Notes: generated by a model not told the origin, from the letters alone. 64,000 nt of DNA from an uncultured delta proteobacterium (GCA_963817385.1 CAWFOM010000005.1:1-64000), one strand, 5' to 3'; shown: positions 50,111 to 60,976, counted from the stretch's first letter. Numbers and translations: made by a program.

Positions 50111-50439
50111 GTCTAAAGGATACGCCGTAGAACGCGCCCCTGTCAAGGAAATTGTGGCCAAAAGTTCTGCACACTTCAAGAAAAGATTGCCCGTTCCTAC
50201 TGGCCGAACTCGAGCGATAACCTCTTCCGACCACCAGCCTGATTTTTTCCAGCACATACGGCTTTCGGACATACATCCCGAATCCCTACCCCTGGCCCTG
50301 CCGGAAGGGTTTCTGCCGCTGCGGTATAGGGACTGGGGTAGTTCTCAGCGGGTATTCTCCTGTCGGGGTCGGGTAAATCAATTCCCGTTTTGTGGGAATA
50401 ATTTTCCTGGCGGTGATTTCTCGCGACCCCAAAAAAATA

Positions 50440-50487
50440 CAACTGGTTGATATAAAATAATAATTTATTTGTGGCATCGCGATTGCA
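50440..50487 (+). promoter_or_regulatory. IHF site plus sigma54 promoter of the GGDEF gene
   Basis: TGGCAT-CGCGA-TTGCA at 50472-50487; TATCAAccagTTG (IHF consensus) on the minus strand at 50440-50452. Confidence 0.75.
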
Positions 50488-50519
50488 TGGTAATTAGCCG
50501 GTATGAAAGGAGAAAGGCT

Positions 50520-51608
50520 ATGAATCAGACCCTCAAAAGAATCTGTCTCCAGGCGGTCAATGCTTTGGGAATTTCTTACCAGCTGGCCCGGGGAGTCGAC
50601 TACAAGACCCTCAGCCAGCACATCCTGTCAATCCATCAGCTCAAAGACATCGACAGTATCCTCTACCAGTCCTCCTGCTGTTTAAAGGAGATTCTAGACT
50701 ATGACCTGTTTGCCTTCGCTATGGGTGACCAGGCAAACGTTGATGTCTGGATCGATCCGAAGTTCCAGTTCAACAACGCCGCCATCCTCAATATCATCAA
50801 GTCAGACCTGGGTATGACCAACGGCGTTTGTACGGTGCACCATTTCGATGACGACAGCCCTCAAGGGAGTGGCAATATTTTGGCGCTTCAACTGAATAAC
50901 CTGCTCAGTTACCGTGTTGCAGACACCGATTTCACGGCTCGGTTGTATATTCTTCCGAACCGGAATGTCATGCCATATCATCATGATATCGTTGAGACGA
51001 TCTTGAAAGTCGTAGGGACCTCACTCTCCCATTGCATGAGCATCAAGCGGCTCCAGGATACCGTCGTCATCGATCCTCTTACCCTGTGCTATAACCGGCG
51101 GGCTCTGGATGGATTCATTGACCATGCCATCGCCAGCACCCGGAGATATGGGAGTGACCTGTCGGCGGTCATGTTTGACCTGGACAACTTCAAAAAAATC
51201 AATGACACCTACGGGCATCAGGCTGGAGATGACGTTCTGAAAGCCGTATGCCGAACCATCCTGTCTACGATCCGAAAATGTGATTATCTCGTCCGCTACG
51301 GAGGCGATGAATTTGTCCTGATCATGCCGGAGACCAAACTCGGCCGGGCTGTGGATGTCGCCGACCGGCTCCGGAAGATCATTGAGAACCTGGCAATTCA
51401 ATGGGAGGGGAACTGCATCCGCGTCACGGCCAGCTGCGGCGTTGCCCATCTGAAAACGGACTACGACAAGAACCTCCTGCTCCAGGATGCCGACAAGAGG
51501 CTCTACGATGCCAAAGCCAGGGGGAGAAACCGGACCATGCCCGACATGAGGCTCCTCTCCTTTGAAGCCGCCACCATGCCGGATCCCGCTTATCAGTATC
51601 TGAATTGA
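50520..51608 (+). CDS. Diguanylate cyclase
   Basis: DPLT..NRR, DLDNFKKINDTYGHQAGD, RxxD I-site (RKCD), GGDEF. Confidence 0.93.
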   Translation: MNQTLKRICLQAVNALGISYQLARGVDYKTLSQHILSIHQLKDIDSILYQSSCCLKEILDYDLFAFAMGDQANVDVWIDPKFQFNNAAILNIIKSDLGMTNGVCTVHHFDDDSPQGSGNILALQLNNLLSYRVADTDFTARLYILPNRNVMPYHHDIVETILKVVGTSLSHCMSIKRLQDTVVIDPLTLCYNRRALDGFIDHAIASTRRYGSDLSAVMFDLDNFKKINDTYGHQAGDDVLKAVCRTILSTIRKCDYLVRYGGDEFVLIMPETKLGRAVDVADRLRKIIENLAIQWEGNCIRVTASCGVAHLKTDYDKNLLLQDADKRLYDAKARGRNRTMPDMRLLSFEAATMPDPAYQYLN

Positions 51609-51623
51609 TTAATCATCTGCAGG

Positions 51624-51659
51624 AGACAAGCCCGCCGCCTGAAGGCGGCGGGCTTGTCT
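51624..51659. terminator. Hairpin between convergent genes
   Basis: Perfect inverted repeat AGACAAGCCCGCCGCCT/AGGCGGCGGGCTTGTCT. Confidence 0.75.
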
Positions 51660-51664
51660 GATTT

Positions 51665-52546
51665 CTACGGAAACTCCCGGGGAAGTTCCCCCTTAGTAAT
51701 GGGCGGGAATACGGGGGGCTGGCCGGTTGCTTCCAGGATCCTGCGACCCTCTTCGGAGAGGATGAACCGCACGAATAAGAGCGCCGTTGCCGGCTCCTTC
51801 GCTGTGGCGGGGACTGTGGCGGCATTGCGGATCTGGCTGCTGAGGTTGACTGCTGAGGGGAATCTCAGGCTGTCCACGTCGTTCTTCGCCTCCACGGCGG
51901 CGGAGTAGTAGACGACGCCGGCATCGGCCTTCCCTGTCGCGATGTCGCGGATCGTTTCCGGGACCGTGTGGGGTTTCGTCGGATCCGTGACGGCGACGGC
52001 GATGATCCCCTGGGCCAGTTGCGGATTGCCTTCCAGGGCGGTGACGTTCTTGATGAACTCGACGGTGCGCTGGGTGGCCATGTCCTTTTCTCCTGTCACC
52101 CGGGTGAAGCGTATGCCCGGCTTTGCCAGGTCGCCCATCTTCTTGATTCCCGCTGGATTCCCCTTGGCCGTGATGAGGACCATCTCGTTGGCGGAGAAGA
52201 TGACGGACCAGGCGGCCCCGACTCGGTCCGTGCCGACGATCTTTTTCCCCATGAGGTCTTTATCGATGACGGCCGGGGCCGACGGGGTAAAGACATCGCA
52301 GCGATCCCCCTTCAGAATCCTCTCCGCCAGTTCCTGCGAGCGGCCGGTCGTGAGATTCACCGTAGTGCCGGGGTTACTGGCTTCGAAGGCCGCTTTGAGG
52401 GCCTTCATGGGGCCGGCCAGAGAATCGGCGTGGAAGACCTCGATGGCGGCCGCCATGGCCATACCACCGGAAAAGATGAGCCCACTGCATAAGACCACCA
52501 CCATCATCAAACTCAAACCATACCTTTTTTTGTGTGCTGCAACCAT
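51665..52546 (-). CDS. Molybdate/tungstate-type periplasmic binding protein (ModA/WtpA-like)
   Basis: Signal peptide, VFHADSL, GRSQELAERI..CDVF, NEMVL, GKADAGVVYYS. Confidence 0.75.
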   Translation of the reverse strand: MVAAHKKRYGLSLMMVVVLCSGLIFSGGMAMAAAIEVFHADSLAGPMKALKAAFEASNPGTTVNLTTGRSQELAERILKGDRCDVFTPSAPAVIDKDLMGKKIVGTDRVGAAWSVIFSANEMVLITAKGNPAGIKKMGDLAKPGIRFTRVTGEKDMATQRTVEFIKNVTALEGNPQLAQGIIAVAVTDPTKPHTVPETIRDIATGKADAGVVYYSAAVEAKNDVDSLRFPSAVNLSSQIRNAATVPATAKEPATALLFVRFILSEEGRRILEATGQPPVFPPITKGELPREFP

Positions 52547-52850
52547 GGTTCCCTCCGAATGATGTGTCCACAAACAGGGCTTATAAAATTCTTCCGCAGA
52601 ATACCCCGTCCCGTGGACGGGGCAATTTACTGATCGGTTTCTTCTCGATGAACTTTACCGAGAACAGGACGTTGGATATTGATCGGCACGTAGTTTCTCA
52701 TGAGGCGGGGAAGTCTGCAAGGAGTTTGTGACAGTCGCTCCCCACTAAGCTTGACAGTGGGGCTGCATTTTGCCATAAATGGAACAGGCCGTTTCTCCCT
52801 CTCTCCTGCCGCCGGACCTTGGGTGAGGAACGGATTCAAGGGGCGGGATA

Positions 52851-54054
52851 ATGATTAGGATCAACAGCTTTATTCACCGGCAGGCGCTCGATGACATCAT
52901 CCGCCGGTGGATGTACGATGAGGCGCGTTCGGCCGATGCGGATCTGATCACGCGGCTGGTCCATTTCAACCACGTCTATGTATCTCGCTATCTTGCGCAG
53001 TTTTCCGGGGTTATCTTCCGTGAGCTGCACCGGCAAGGAGCTGTTGTTCCGCCCCGTCCAGCTCAAGGGCGAACTGAAGGATGCCCTCGTTTCCGACCCC
53101 CCCTACCGCAATGAACGGATCGACGAGCTTATCCTCGATTACCACCGAAACCCCGGGCGCTTCTACCGGGAGACCCCCTTTCACGGGACCCTTTACTTCC
53201 GCCGACTCAACGGCGGCGCTAAATACGTCGGATCGACCCGGATCAAGCGGGTTCGCCGCCTGGCGGAGAAATCGGCGCGCCGGATCATCGATCGGATCTT
53301 CGCTACAATCCAGCGGCATGCCGACATCCTGGCGGATGAGCGGGCTTGGCGGCTCGGGATTCCCCGAGAGAATCTCCTGACGGCGCCCGAGGATATGACG
53401 GAGGAGTTTCTCCGAGCGGAGAATCGCCTTCTGGACGATCTGCGGGCAAAGAGGCCGATTGCAGGCGAGGAGGAGGTACTGGCGATCAACGACGTAGCCG
53501 GTGTGAAGGTGATGCTTGAGGAGCCCGAACAGGAGAAATTGACGGTGCTCCTTGAGAGTCTGCCCAACTGTGAGGTCGTGGAGGAGGAGCGCCATATCGG
53601 ACGGTATAACGCGACCAATCTGATCGTCCGTTACCGTCCGCCCCGGGAAGAGATCCTTGCCCACCCTCTGGGACGGGGCCTTCTGAACGTCATGCAGGGG
53701 CGGGGTTTTTCCCCGGAGGATGCCAGCCGGGCCTTTGCCGAATTCGTCCGTTCCGGGGAAGAGGATGTCCTTCTGGAGATCATCCTCTCCACGTATCAGG
53801 AGATGCTGGAGAGCGAAATCGGACGCTGCATCCACGAGGACCGGATCATTGAACAACGGCTCCGCCAGCAATATCGGGGGCCGCTGGCGAGGAACATCCA
53901 GTGCCTGATGGAATACCTCTTCACCTTTCCCACCTCCCGTCAGCGTGAGCTGGGTGATCTGCCGATCAAACTCTGGAACCGTTATCTTCCGGATTACTTC
54001 GACGAGGTTCTCAAGCAGCTCTTCCGTATCCCGAGGGCCGATGACCTGGACTAG
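52851..54054 (+). CDS. Uncharacterised protein with a divergent RelA/SpoT-like nucleotidyltransferase domain; +1 frameshift near 53031
   Basis: N-terminal ORF 52851 joins ORF 52978-54054 if one C is removed; RIK..EK, NDVAGVK, GRYNATN, EIILST..SEIG..H. Confidence 0.6.
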
Positions 54055-54057
54055 CCA

Positions 54058-54891
54058 CTAGCCCTGCTGTTCCTGGATCATCCGGAATCCTTCGTCGAGA
54101 AGTCTCTCCGTTTCCTTCGCCCGGATTTTCGGGTTTTTTGCCCCCATGACGACCGCGATCAGACGGGTATCCCCGCGTTTGGCCGTGGCCACGATATGGT
54201 ATCCCGCCTTTTGGACCCAGCCGGTCTTCAGTCCGTCCGCGTTGGGGTAACGGTGCAGGAGGCTGTTCCGGTTGTGCTGGGTGATGTCGCGGTAGGTATA
54301 GTACTGCTGGGAGTGGATGTTCAGGGATTCCGGAAATCGCTGCAGGTAAGCACGGGCCAGAATCAGGATGTCCTTCGCCGTCGTGACCTGGCCCTTGGCG
54401 GGAAGACCGTTGGGATTTCTAAAGAAACTCCGGTACATCCCCAGCTCACGCGCCTTCCGGTTCATCCTTTCCACGAATGTTTCGATGTCACCCCCGATGT
54501 ATTCGGCAACGGCCACGGAGGCATCGTTGGCCGAAACAACGGCCATCCCCTTGAGGAGTTCTTCGAGGGGGAGCTCGCTGCCGGCTGTGAGGAACATCTT
54601 TGAACCGCCCGTTTGCCCGGCCTTCCGGCTGATCTTCACCGGGTCGCGGGGATGGACCTTACCCTCCAGGATCGCTTCGTCGGCGACGTAGAGGGTCAGG
54701 ACCTTGGTGATGGAGGCCGGCTGGATGGCGGCGTCCGCATTCCGGGTGTAGAGGATCCGGCCGGTCGTCATGTCCATGAGAATGGCTGATCGGGCGGTGA
54801 TCTGAAGCCTGTCGGCTGCCGAAAGGTTCGCCGCCAGAAGAAGGATTATCAGGCATACAAAAAGACCAGAGATACGCTTGGTGATTTTCAT
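54058..54891 (-). CDS. D-alanyl-D-alanine carboxypeptidase (peptidase S11)
   Basis: SxxK (ASITK), SxN (SAN), KTG. Confidence 0.93.
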   Translation of the reverse strand: MKITKRISGLFVCLIILLLAANLSAADRLQITARSAILMDMTTGRILYTRNADAAIQPASITKVLTLYVADEAILEGKVHPRDPVKISRKAGQTGGSKMFLTAGSELPLEELLKGMAVVSANDASVAVAEYIGGDIETFVERMNRKARELGMYRSFFRNPNGLPAKGQVTTAKDILILARAYLQRFPESLNIHSQQYYTYRDITQHNRNSLLHRYPNADGLKTGWVQKAGYHIVATAKRGDTRLIAVVMGAKNPKIRAKETERLLDEGFRMIQEQQG

Positions 54892-54941
54892 TCCCGGCTC
54901 CTTTAAACTGCGATGGCGCCCCGTTTCCGGGGCGCCACGGT

Positions 54942-55920
54942 TTATTCGACCTGGTTGATGGCTGAAAGTCTCCAGGGGTTATCTCCGACCGGACGCGTGA
55001 AGGTCCAGTATTCGTTGAACTTTACCGGTTCCGTCCTGCTACCGGAGACGACCTGTCCGGTCTGTTCGTCGACGGTGTAATCCAGCAGGTTGGCGTAGAT
55101 CTTCACGGTGATGAAATCACTTCCCCCCTCCTGCCAGATCTCGGTGATATCGACCGAACGGACGGCGATGTTTTCCAACCGGTTGATCCGTTGTTTGGCC
55201 TTCAACTGTTCGGCATCATCGCGGAGTTTCGCGAACATCTCGTCGGTCAGGATATTCCTGACGCCGGTCATGTCCCGGTTCGCCCACGCACCCTGGATCC
55301 GGAAGAAATCGTCCAGACAGCCGTCGGTAAAACGCTTTTCCTCAAAATGGGGATCCATCTGGCGGATGTGGCGGAGGCCTTCCGCCACATCGCTTTCCTG
55401 GCCCCCTGATTCATACGCCTGCATCGGCGGTGCTGTCCGCCCTGCGTCGAGCGCCGGCGATTCCCGGTAATAGGTCCCCGCGGGCGCCGATTCGGTTGCG
55501 GAACGCCGCCGTCTTGATGAACCAGTAGATGCCATAGAGAAGCGCCCCGATCAGGAGAATGTCCATGAGCCCGATGCCGCCTCCCATGCCTCCCATGCCG
55601 CCGCCGGCAAACCCGAGACTGCGGAAGAGCATCGCGCCGAGCATCCCCCCGACGAGCCCGCCGGCCATGCTCCTGAGAAAGCCGCCACCGCCGAAGGGAG
55701 AAGGGGCGGGCGCAGAGGGGGTAAACTGTCCTGAACCGGGAGAGGGGCTTACCGGGGCGGGCCGGGGGGTCGAGCGGGGGGGGCTGTAGGAACGCGACCC
55801 CCGGCTGCCGAAGGAACTTCCTCCTCCGGCCCTGGCCCAGGCGTCGATCTCCATGACCGACAGCAGAAAGAATAGGGTAAGTACTATAAGGCCGCTTAAG
55901 ACCCACCGATTATCAGACAT
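54942..55920 (-). CDS. Tim44-domain membrane protein; +1 frameshift near 55512
   Basis: ARAGGGSSFGSRGSRSY and Gly-rich TM N-part; C-part DPHF..IQGAW..EYWTFTR..WRLSAI. Confidence 0.85.
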
Positions 55921-56149
55921 CTCTTCCTCCTCATGTTATTTGATTTGCGGCAGGATACGGTTTAGACAGCGCATTGTCAATATCTTTCTGGGAGATCTTT
56001 CTGGGAGGATTGTCTCCGTGTTTTCGTTTTCAGGAGGATTAATTCTTGACAAACAGCGATTTTTCCTTAAGGATGTCGGCCAATCATGGTCACCAGTGGC
56101 TGAGGGATAACACCGCTGTCAGGCTCCCAAATCCACCGCAACAATACCT

Positions 56150-58273
56150 ATGGCTGATAAATTGGAAACAGATCATATCGGCAGGATGATTGAGGTCGTG
56201 CAGAAAACGGCCCGGGGAGACTATTCGAGTCGGATTGATTCCTCGGGACACAACGATGATCTCGACGCTCTTGCCGATGCGATCAATAGAATGGTCGGTG
56301 ATGTTCGTGAACGCTTCGCCGAGTACCGGGGGATGGAGAATGCCTTCCGGGAGATCACGGAAAAATACCAGCGTTTTCAGGAAAATATCCCCGGCATGGT
56401 CTATCTGTTGACCCTGCGTCAGGATGGGAGTTTTTCTTTTCCTTACGTGAATGCCGCATCACGTCAGCTGTTTGGCCTCGAACCGGAGGCCCTCGTGCGT
56501 GACGGCGCCCTTCTGTTCGGTCTTATCCATCCTGATGATAAAGCGAGACACGCGGAATCGATACGGCGATCTGCGGAAACTCTTCAAACCTTGCGGGAAG
56601 AGCTGCGCCATATCGTCAATGGGGAAGTGCGCTGGTATGAGTGTATCGCTCGTCCGGAACTGCAGGTCAACGGCGACATCCTTTGGGATGGAATCATGCT
56701 GGAGATCACGGAACGCAAAAGGGCCGAAGAGGGGCTGCGCGAGAGCGAGGCGAAGTATCGCCGCCTGCATGAGACCATGATGGACGCCTTTGTCCGTATC
56801 GATATGACCGGCCGCATTCAGGAGGCCAACCGCGCCTACCAGGCCCTGCTGGGCTATTCGGAAGAGGAGCTTCTCCAACGGACGAACGGGGACCTGACCC
56901 CGGAGAAATGGCATGCCTTGGAAGCGGGCATGATTGCGGAACAGGTCCTGGTGAACGGTCACTCCCAGGTGTATGAAAAGGAGTATCACCGAAAGGACGG
57001 GACCCTTTTCCCCGTTGAGCTGCGGACATTTTTGCTGCGCGATGACACCGGTCAGCCCGTCGGTATGTGGGCCATCGTTCGGGATATCACCGAACGCAGG
57101 CGTGCGGAGGAGGAAAAAGCGAAGCTGGAATCACAGCTGCGCCAGTCGCAGAAGATGGAATCCGTCGGACGCCTGGCCGGGGGGGTGGCGCACGATTTTA
57201 ACAATATGCTGAGCGTTATCCTTGGATACGCGGAATTGATCAAGGTGAGATTGAAGGACGACGATCCCCTCTTGAAGGATATCCAGGCGATTGAAAAGGC
57301 GGCGGGCCACTCCCGGGATGTCACCCGTCAGCTCCTCGCGTTATCCCGGAAGCAGATCATCGAGCCGAGGCTCTTGAACCTCAATGACCTGATCACCTCT
57401 TCCCAAAATACGCTTTCCCGGCTCATCGGCGAGGATATCGACATGCGCTTCTACCCTGAAGATGACCTGCAGTCGATCAACTTTGATCCCACGCAGGTTG
57501 ACCAGATCCTTGTCAATCTGGTTGTCAATGCCCGCGACGCCATGCCCGACGGGGGCAGGCTGACGATCGAAACCGCCAATATCCGCCTCGACGAGGCATA
57601 CTGTCGGAAACATCTCGGATTCAAACCCGGACAATACGTCCTTCTGGCGCTGAGCGATGACGGAGTGGGGATGGATAAGGAACTCCAGTCCCATCTATTC
57701 GAACCATTTTTTACCACCAAGGAAGTGGGTGAAGGTACGGGGCTCGGACTCGCCACAGTCTACGGGATGGTCAAGCAGAACAGCGGATTCATCAACGTCT
57801 ACAGCGAACCGGGGCAGGGGAGCACCTTCAAGATCTATATCCCCAGCGTGGGGGAGGAAGAGAAGAAAAGTGAAGAGATCGAAGAAGTTCCGATGGCCTA
57901 TGGCGCCGGTATTGTTCTGCTGGTGGAAGACGAAGAGATGGTGCGCGAGATTGCGAAGGAAATCCTCGAGGAGATCGGTTACACGGTTCTGGCTGCGGCG
58001 ACTCCGCAGGAAGCCGTATCCCTGTGCGAAAACAAGGATACGGTTATCGATCTTCTTCTTACCGACGTGGTTATGCCGGGAATGAGCGGCAAGGAGTTGA
58101 AGAAAGCAATTGAGGTCATCAGGCCGGGAATCAAGGTGCTCTTCATGTCCGGGTATACGTCAAACGTCATTGCCCATCGCGGCGTATTGGAAAAAGGGGT
58201 GCATTTCATCCAGAAGCCCTTCAGCATGAAGGATCTTGCCCACAAAGTCCGCGAAGCGATCGGAGAGAAGTAG
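56150..58273 (+). CDS. HAMP-PAS-PAS hybrid histidine kinase with receiver domain
   Basis: GRLAGGVAHDFNN, NARDAM, FFTTK, GTGLGL; receiver VEDE..TDVVMP..KPF. Confidence 0.93.
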   Translation: MADKLETDHIGRMIEVVQKTARGDYSSRIDSSGHNDDLDALADAINRMVGDVRERFAEYRGMENAFREITEKYQRFQENIPGMVYLLTLRQDGSFSFPYVNAASRQLFGLEPEALVRDGALLFGLIHPDDKARHAESIRRSAETLQTLREELRHIVNGEVRWYECIARPELQVNGDILWDGIMLEITERKRAEEGLRESEAKYRRLHETMMDAFVRIDMTGRIQEANRAYQALLGYSEEELLQRTNGDLTPEKWHALEAGMIAEQVLVNGHSQVYEKEYHRKDGTLFPVELRTFLLRDDTGQPVGMWAIVRDITERRRAEEEKAKLESQLRQSQKMESVGRLAGGVAHDFNNMLSVILGYAELIKVRLKDDDPLLKDIQAIEKAAGHSRDVTRQLLALSRKQIIEPRLLNLNDLITSSQNTLSRLIGEDIDMRFYPEDDLQSINFDPTQVDQILVNLVVNARDAMPDGGRLTIETANIRLDEAYCRKHLGFKPGQYVLLALSDDGVGMDKELQSHLFEPFFTTKEVGEGTGLGLATVYGMVKQNSGFINVYSEPGQGSTFKIYIPSVGEEEKKSEEIEEVPMAYGAGIVLLVEDEEMVREIAKEILEEIGYTVLAAATPQEAVSLCENKDTVIDLLLTDVVMPGMSGKELKKAIEVIRPGIKVLFMSGYTSNVIAHRGVLEKGVHFIQKPFSMKDLAHKVREAIGEK

Positions 58274-58315
58274 CCGCGCGTAGGTTCTGTCAAGCGCAAG
58301 TCGGGTACCTGTCCG

Positions 58316-59497
58316 TTACGCGGTCACGCACGCCTGCGCAACGGAGGTCCAGTAGGGGGACATGCCGCGCAGCCGCTCGATGATGGAGGGCAGTTTCCCG
58401 ATTACGAAATCGATCTCCTCGTCCGTATTGTAGATGCTCAGGCTGAACCGGATGGATCCGTGGGCCATGGTGAAGGGGACGCCCATGGCGCGCAGCACGT
58501 GGGAAGGCTGCAGGGACCCGGAGGTGCAGGCCGAGCCGGAAGAGGCGCAGATGCCGTATTCGTTCATCAGCAGAAGGATCCCCTCCCCCTCGACAAATTC
58601 AAAGCTGATGTTCGTCGTATTGGGCAGGCGCTGCACAAGATCCCCGTTGACCCGGCTTCGCGGGATACTCTTCAGAAGGGCTGCCTCCAGCCTGTCGCGC
58701 AGCCTTCTTACGGTCGTGTTTTCCGTCTCCAGGTGGCGGGCCGCCAGTTCACATGCCTTTCCCAGCCCGATGATGCTGGGGGTATTCTCCGTGCCGCCCC
58801 GGCGCCCTCGCTCCTGATGCCCTCCGATGAGAAACGGGGAAAACTTGGTCCCCTTGCGGACATACAGTACGCCGATCCCCTTGGGGGCGTGGAGCTTGTG
58901 CCCGGAGAGCGAGAGCATGTCGATGGCGTTCTTCCCCATGTCGATCGGAATCTTGCCGGTCGACTGCACCGCATCGGTGTGGAACAGGATGCCCCGTTCT
59001 CGGGTCAGCCCGGCCGCCTTCTCCACGGGGAAGATGACCCCCGTTTCGTTATTGGCCCACATCAGGCTGACCACCGCCGTCTCCGGCGAAAGGCTCCCGA
59101 CCAATTGCTCCATGTCCAGAATGCCGTTCTTGTCCACGGGCAGTTCCGTTACCCGGTAGCCCTGGCCGGCCAGATTTGCATAGAGGGACTTGATGGCGGG
59201 GTGTTCTACCCGGCTGGTCACGATGTGGCGTTTTTCGGGATTCGTCGCCAGGGCCGAGCGGATGGCGGCGTTGTCGCTCTCCGTGCCGCAGCTCGTGAAG
59301 ATGATCTCGTCGGGTGAAGCGCCGATGAGCGCCGCGACCTGTTCGCGGGCGTCGCGGATCTTCCGGGCGACCTGGCCGCCGAAGGAATGCATGCTGGAGG
59401 GATTGCCGTAAAGGTCGCTGAAATAGGGCAGCATCGCCTCCAGGACCTCGGGGGCCACCTGGGTCGTGGCGTTGTTGTCCAGATAGACGGTATTCAT
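58316..59497 (-). CDS. nifS: Cysteine desulfurase
   Basis: YLDNNATT, GNPSS, HTDAVQ, SGHK, SSGSAC. Confidence 0.95.
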   Translation of the reverse strand: MNTVYLDNNATTQVAPEVLEAMLPYFSDLYGNPSSMHSFGGQVARKIRDAREQVAALIGASPDEIIFTSCGTESDNAAIRSALATNPEKRHIVTSRVEHPAIKSLYANLAGQGYRVTELPVDKNGILDMEQLVGSLSPETAVVSLMWANNETGVIFPVEKAAGLTRERGILFHTDAVQSTGKIPIDMGKNAIDMLSLSGHKLHAPKGIGVLYVRKGTKFSPFLIGGHQERGRRGGTENTPSIIGLGKACELAARHLETENTTVRRLRDRLEAALLKSIPRSRVNGDLVQRLPNTTNISFEFVEGEGILLLMNEYGICASSGSACTSGSLQPSHVLRAMGVPFTMAHGSIRFSLSIYNTDEEIDFVIGKLPSIIERLRGMSPYWTSVAQACVTA

Positions 59498-60318
59498 GGG
59501 TTCACCTCCTCGATGATCAGATCGGGAGAAACCAGATCCCGGAGTTTCGCCTCGACGAAATGCTTCAGCGTGATGTCGGACGCCTTGCAGGCGGCGCAGG
59601 CGCCCCGCGTGGCTACGATGACGCGGTTCCCGACGACGTCGATGAGTTCGATGTCGCCGCCGTCATGCTTCAGGGACGGCCTGATCTCCCGTTCGAGCGC
59701 TTCTTCGATCATCTTGATCTTCTGGATGTTGGTCAGCTTCGGCTGCACTGCCGGTTTGGCCTCGGCCCGCACCCTCTCGATGATCTGCTGGATGGCGTCA
59801 TGGCAGTTGCCGCAGCCGCCGCCCGCCTTGGTGTAGTTCGTCACCTCCTCGACCGTCGTGAGGTTGTTTTCCCGGATGGCCCGCTCGATCTCCCGGTCCG
59901 TCACGCCGAAACACTCGCAGACGATTGTTGCCCCCGGCTCTTTTGCCGGGGCCCCCTGGTAATTCTCGATCGCCTTTTCGAGGGCCTCCTTCCCCATGAC
60001 GCTGCAGTGCATCTTTTCCTGGGGCAGGCCGCCGAGATAGGCGGCGATGTCCTGGTTGGACACCTTCTTGGCCTCCTCCAGCGTCATCCCCTTGATCATC
60101 TCGGTGAGCGCCGAAGAGGAGGCAATGGCGCTGGCACAACCGAAGGTCTTGAATTTCGCCTCCTTGATCCGTTTGTTCTCATCGAGTTTGAAGGAAAGCT
60201 TGAGGGCGTCTCCGCAGGCGATGGAACCGACTTCGGCAACGCCGTCCGGATTTTCCACTTCCCCGACATTCTGGGGGTTGAGAAAATGTTCCCTGACCTT
60301 GTCCGTGTATTCCCACAT
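59494..60318 (-). CDS. nifU: Three-domain Fe-S scaffold NifU
   Basis: MWEYTDKV..CGD..FGC..HC; CEC..CGNC; DGGDIEL..GACAAC. Confidence 0.95.
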   Translation of the reverse strand: MWEYTDKVREHFLNPQNVGEVENPDGVAEVGSIACGDALKLSFKLDENKRIKEAKFKTFGCASAIASSSALTEMIKGMTLEEAKKVSNQDIAAYLGGLPQEKMHCSVMGKEALEKAIENYQGAPAKEPGATIVCECFGVTDREIERAIRENNLTTVEEVTNYTKAGGGCGNCHDAIQQIIERVRAEAKPAVQPKLTNIQKIKMIEEALEREIRPSLKHDGGDIELIDVVGNRVIVATRGACAACKASDITLKHFVEAKLRDLVSPDLIIEEVNP

Positions 60319-60388
60319 AATGCGCTCCTTAGAAGTATCGGTGATGAAATTGTTGCCCCTGATGTATTTTGCGACAAATTTAATTTTT

Positions 60389-60417
60389 ATTTTAAGTCCT
60401 GCTTGCCGGATTGTCAA
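60389..60417 (-). promoter_or_regulatory. Sigma70 promoter of nifUS
   Basis: TTGACA-N17-TAAAAT. Confidence 0.7.
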
Positions 60418-60529
60418 CGGATCACCCCGGAATAGTTCACACCGAAAATATTCCTGTTGAATACATGTCGGTATCCGTATACATTTAAGCGCAAATACCT
60501 TATCTTTGTCCATCCCTGAAGGAGGTGTT

Positions 60530-60976
60530 ATGAATGTACCATCCGTAACGCATCTGATCCCGGTACTCCAGACGGCGATAGGGCCCATGATCCTGATCTC
60601 CGGCCTCGGCCTGATCCTGTTGACCATGACGAACCGCCTGGGGAGGACAATCGATCGGGTGAGAATCCTTACCGCCGAACTTCCGTCTGCTACGGAAAAC
60701 AAGAGCGCAAAGATATCGGCGCAGCTCACCATCCTCTGGCGGCGCGCCCGCCTCATCCGGACGGCGATTCTGCTGGCGGCGATGAGCGCGCTTGCGGCCG
60801 CAATTCTGATCATCGTGATTTTTTTCACGGCGCTGTGGCAACTGGAGGCGGCATGGCTGATCGGTGCACTGTTCATCCTCTGCATGCTGTGCGTGATCGG
60901 GACGCTGATCTTCGTGATCCAGGATATAAACCAGTCGCTGGCGGCATTGAAGCTGGAACTTGTGGTGGATGAGTAG
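60530..60976 (+). CDS. DUF2721-like membrane protein
   Basis: AIGPMILISG..MTNRLGRTIDR; three TM segments; AAGGAGGT RBS. Confidence 0.8.
   Translation: MNVPSVTHLIPVLQTAIGPMILISGLGLILLTMTNRLGRTIDRVRILTAELPSATENKSAKISAQLTILWRRARLIRTAILLAAMSALAAAILIIVIFFTALWQLEAAWLIGALFILCMLCVIGTLIFVIQDINQSLAALKLELVVDE

Noticed and set aside
58316..60318. nifSU as evidence of nitrogen fixation
   Set aside because: No nifHDK in the window; NIF-type Fe-S assembly is a general housekeeping system in many anaerobes.
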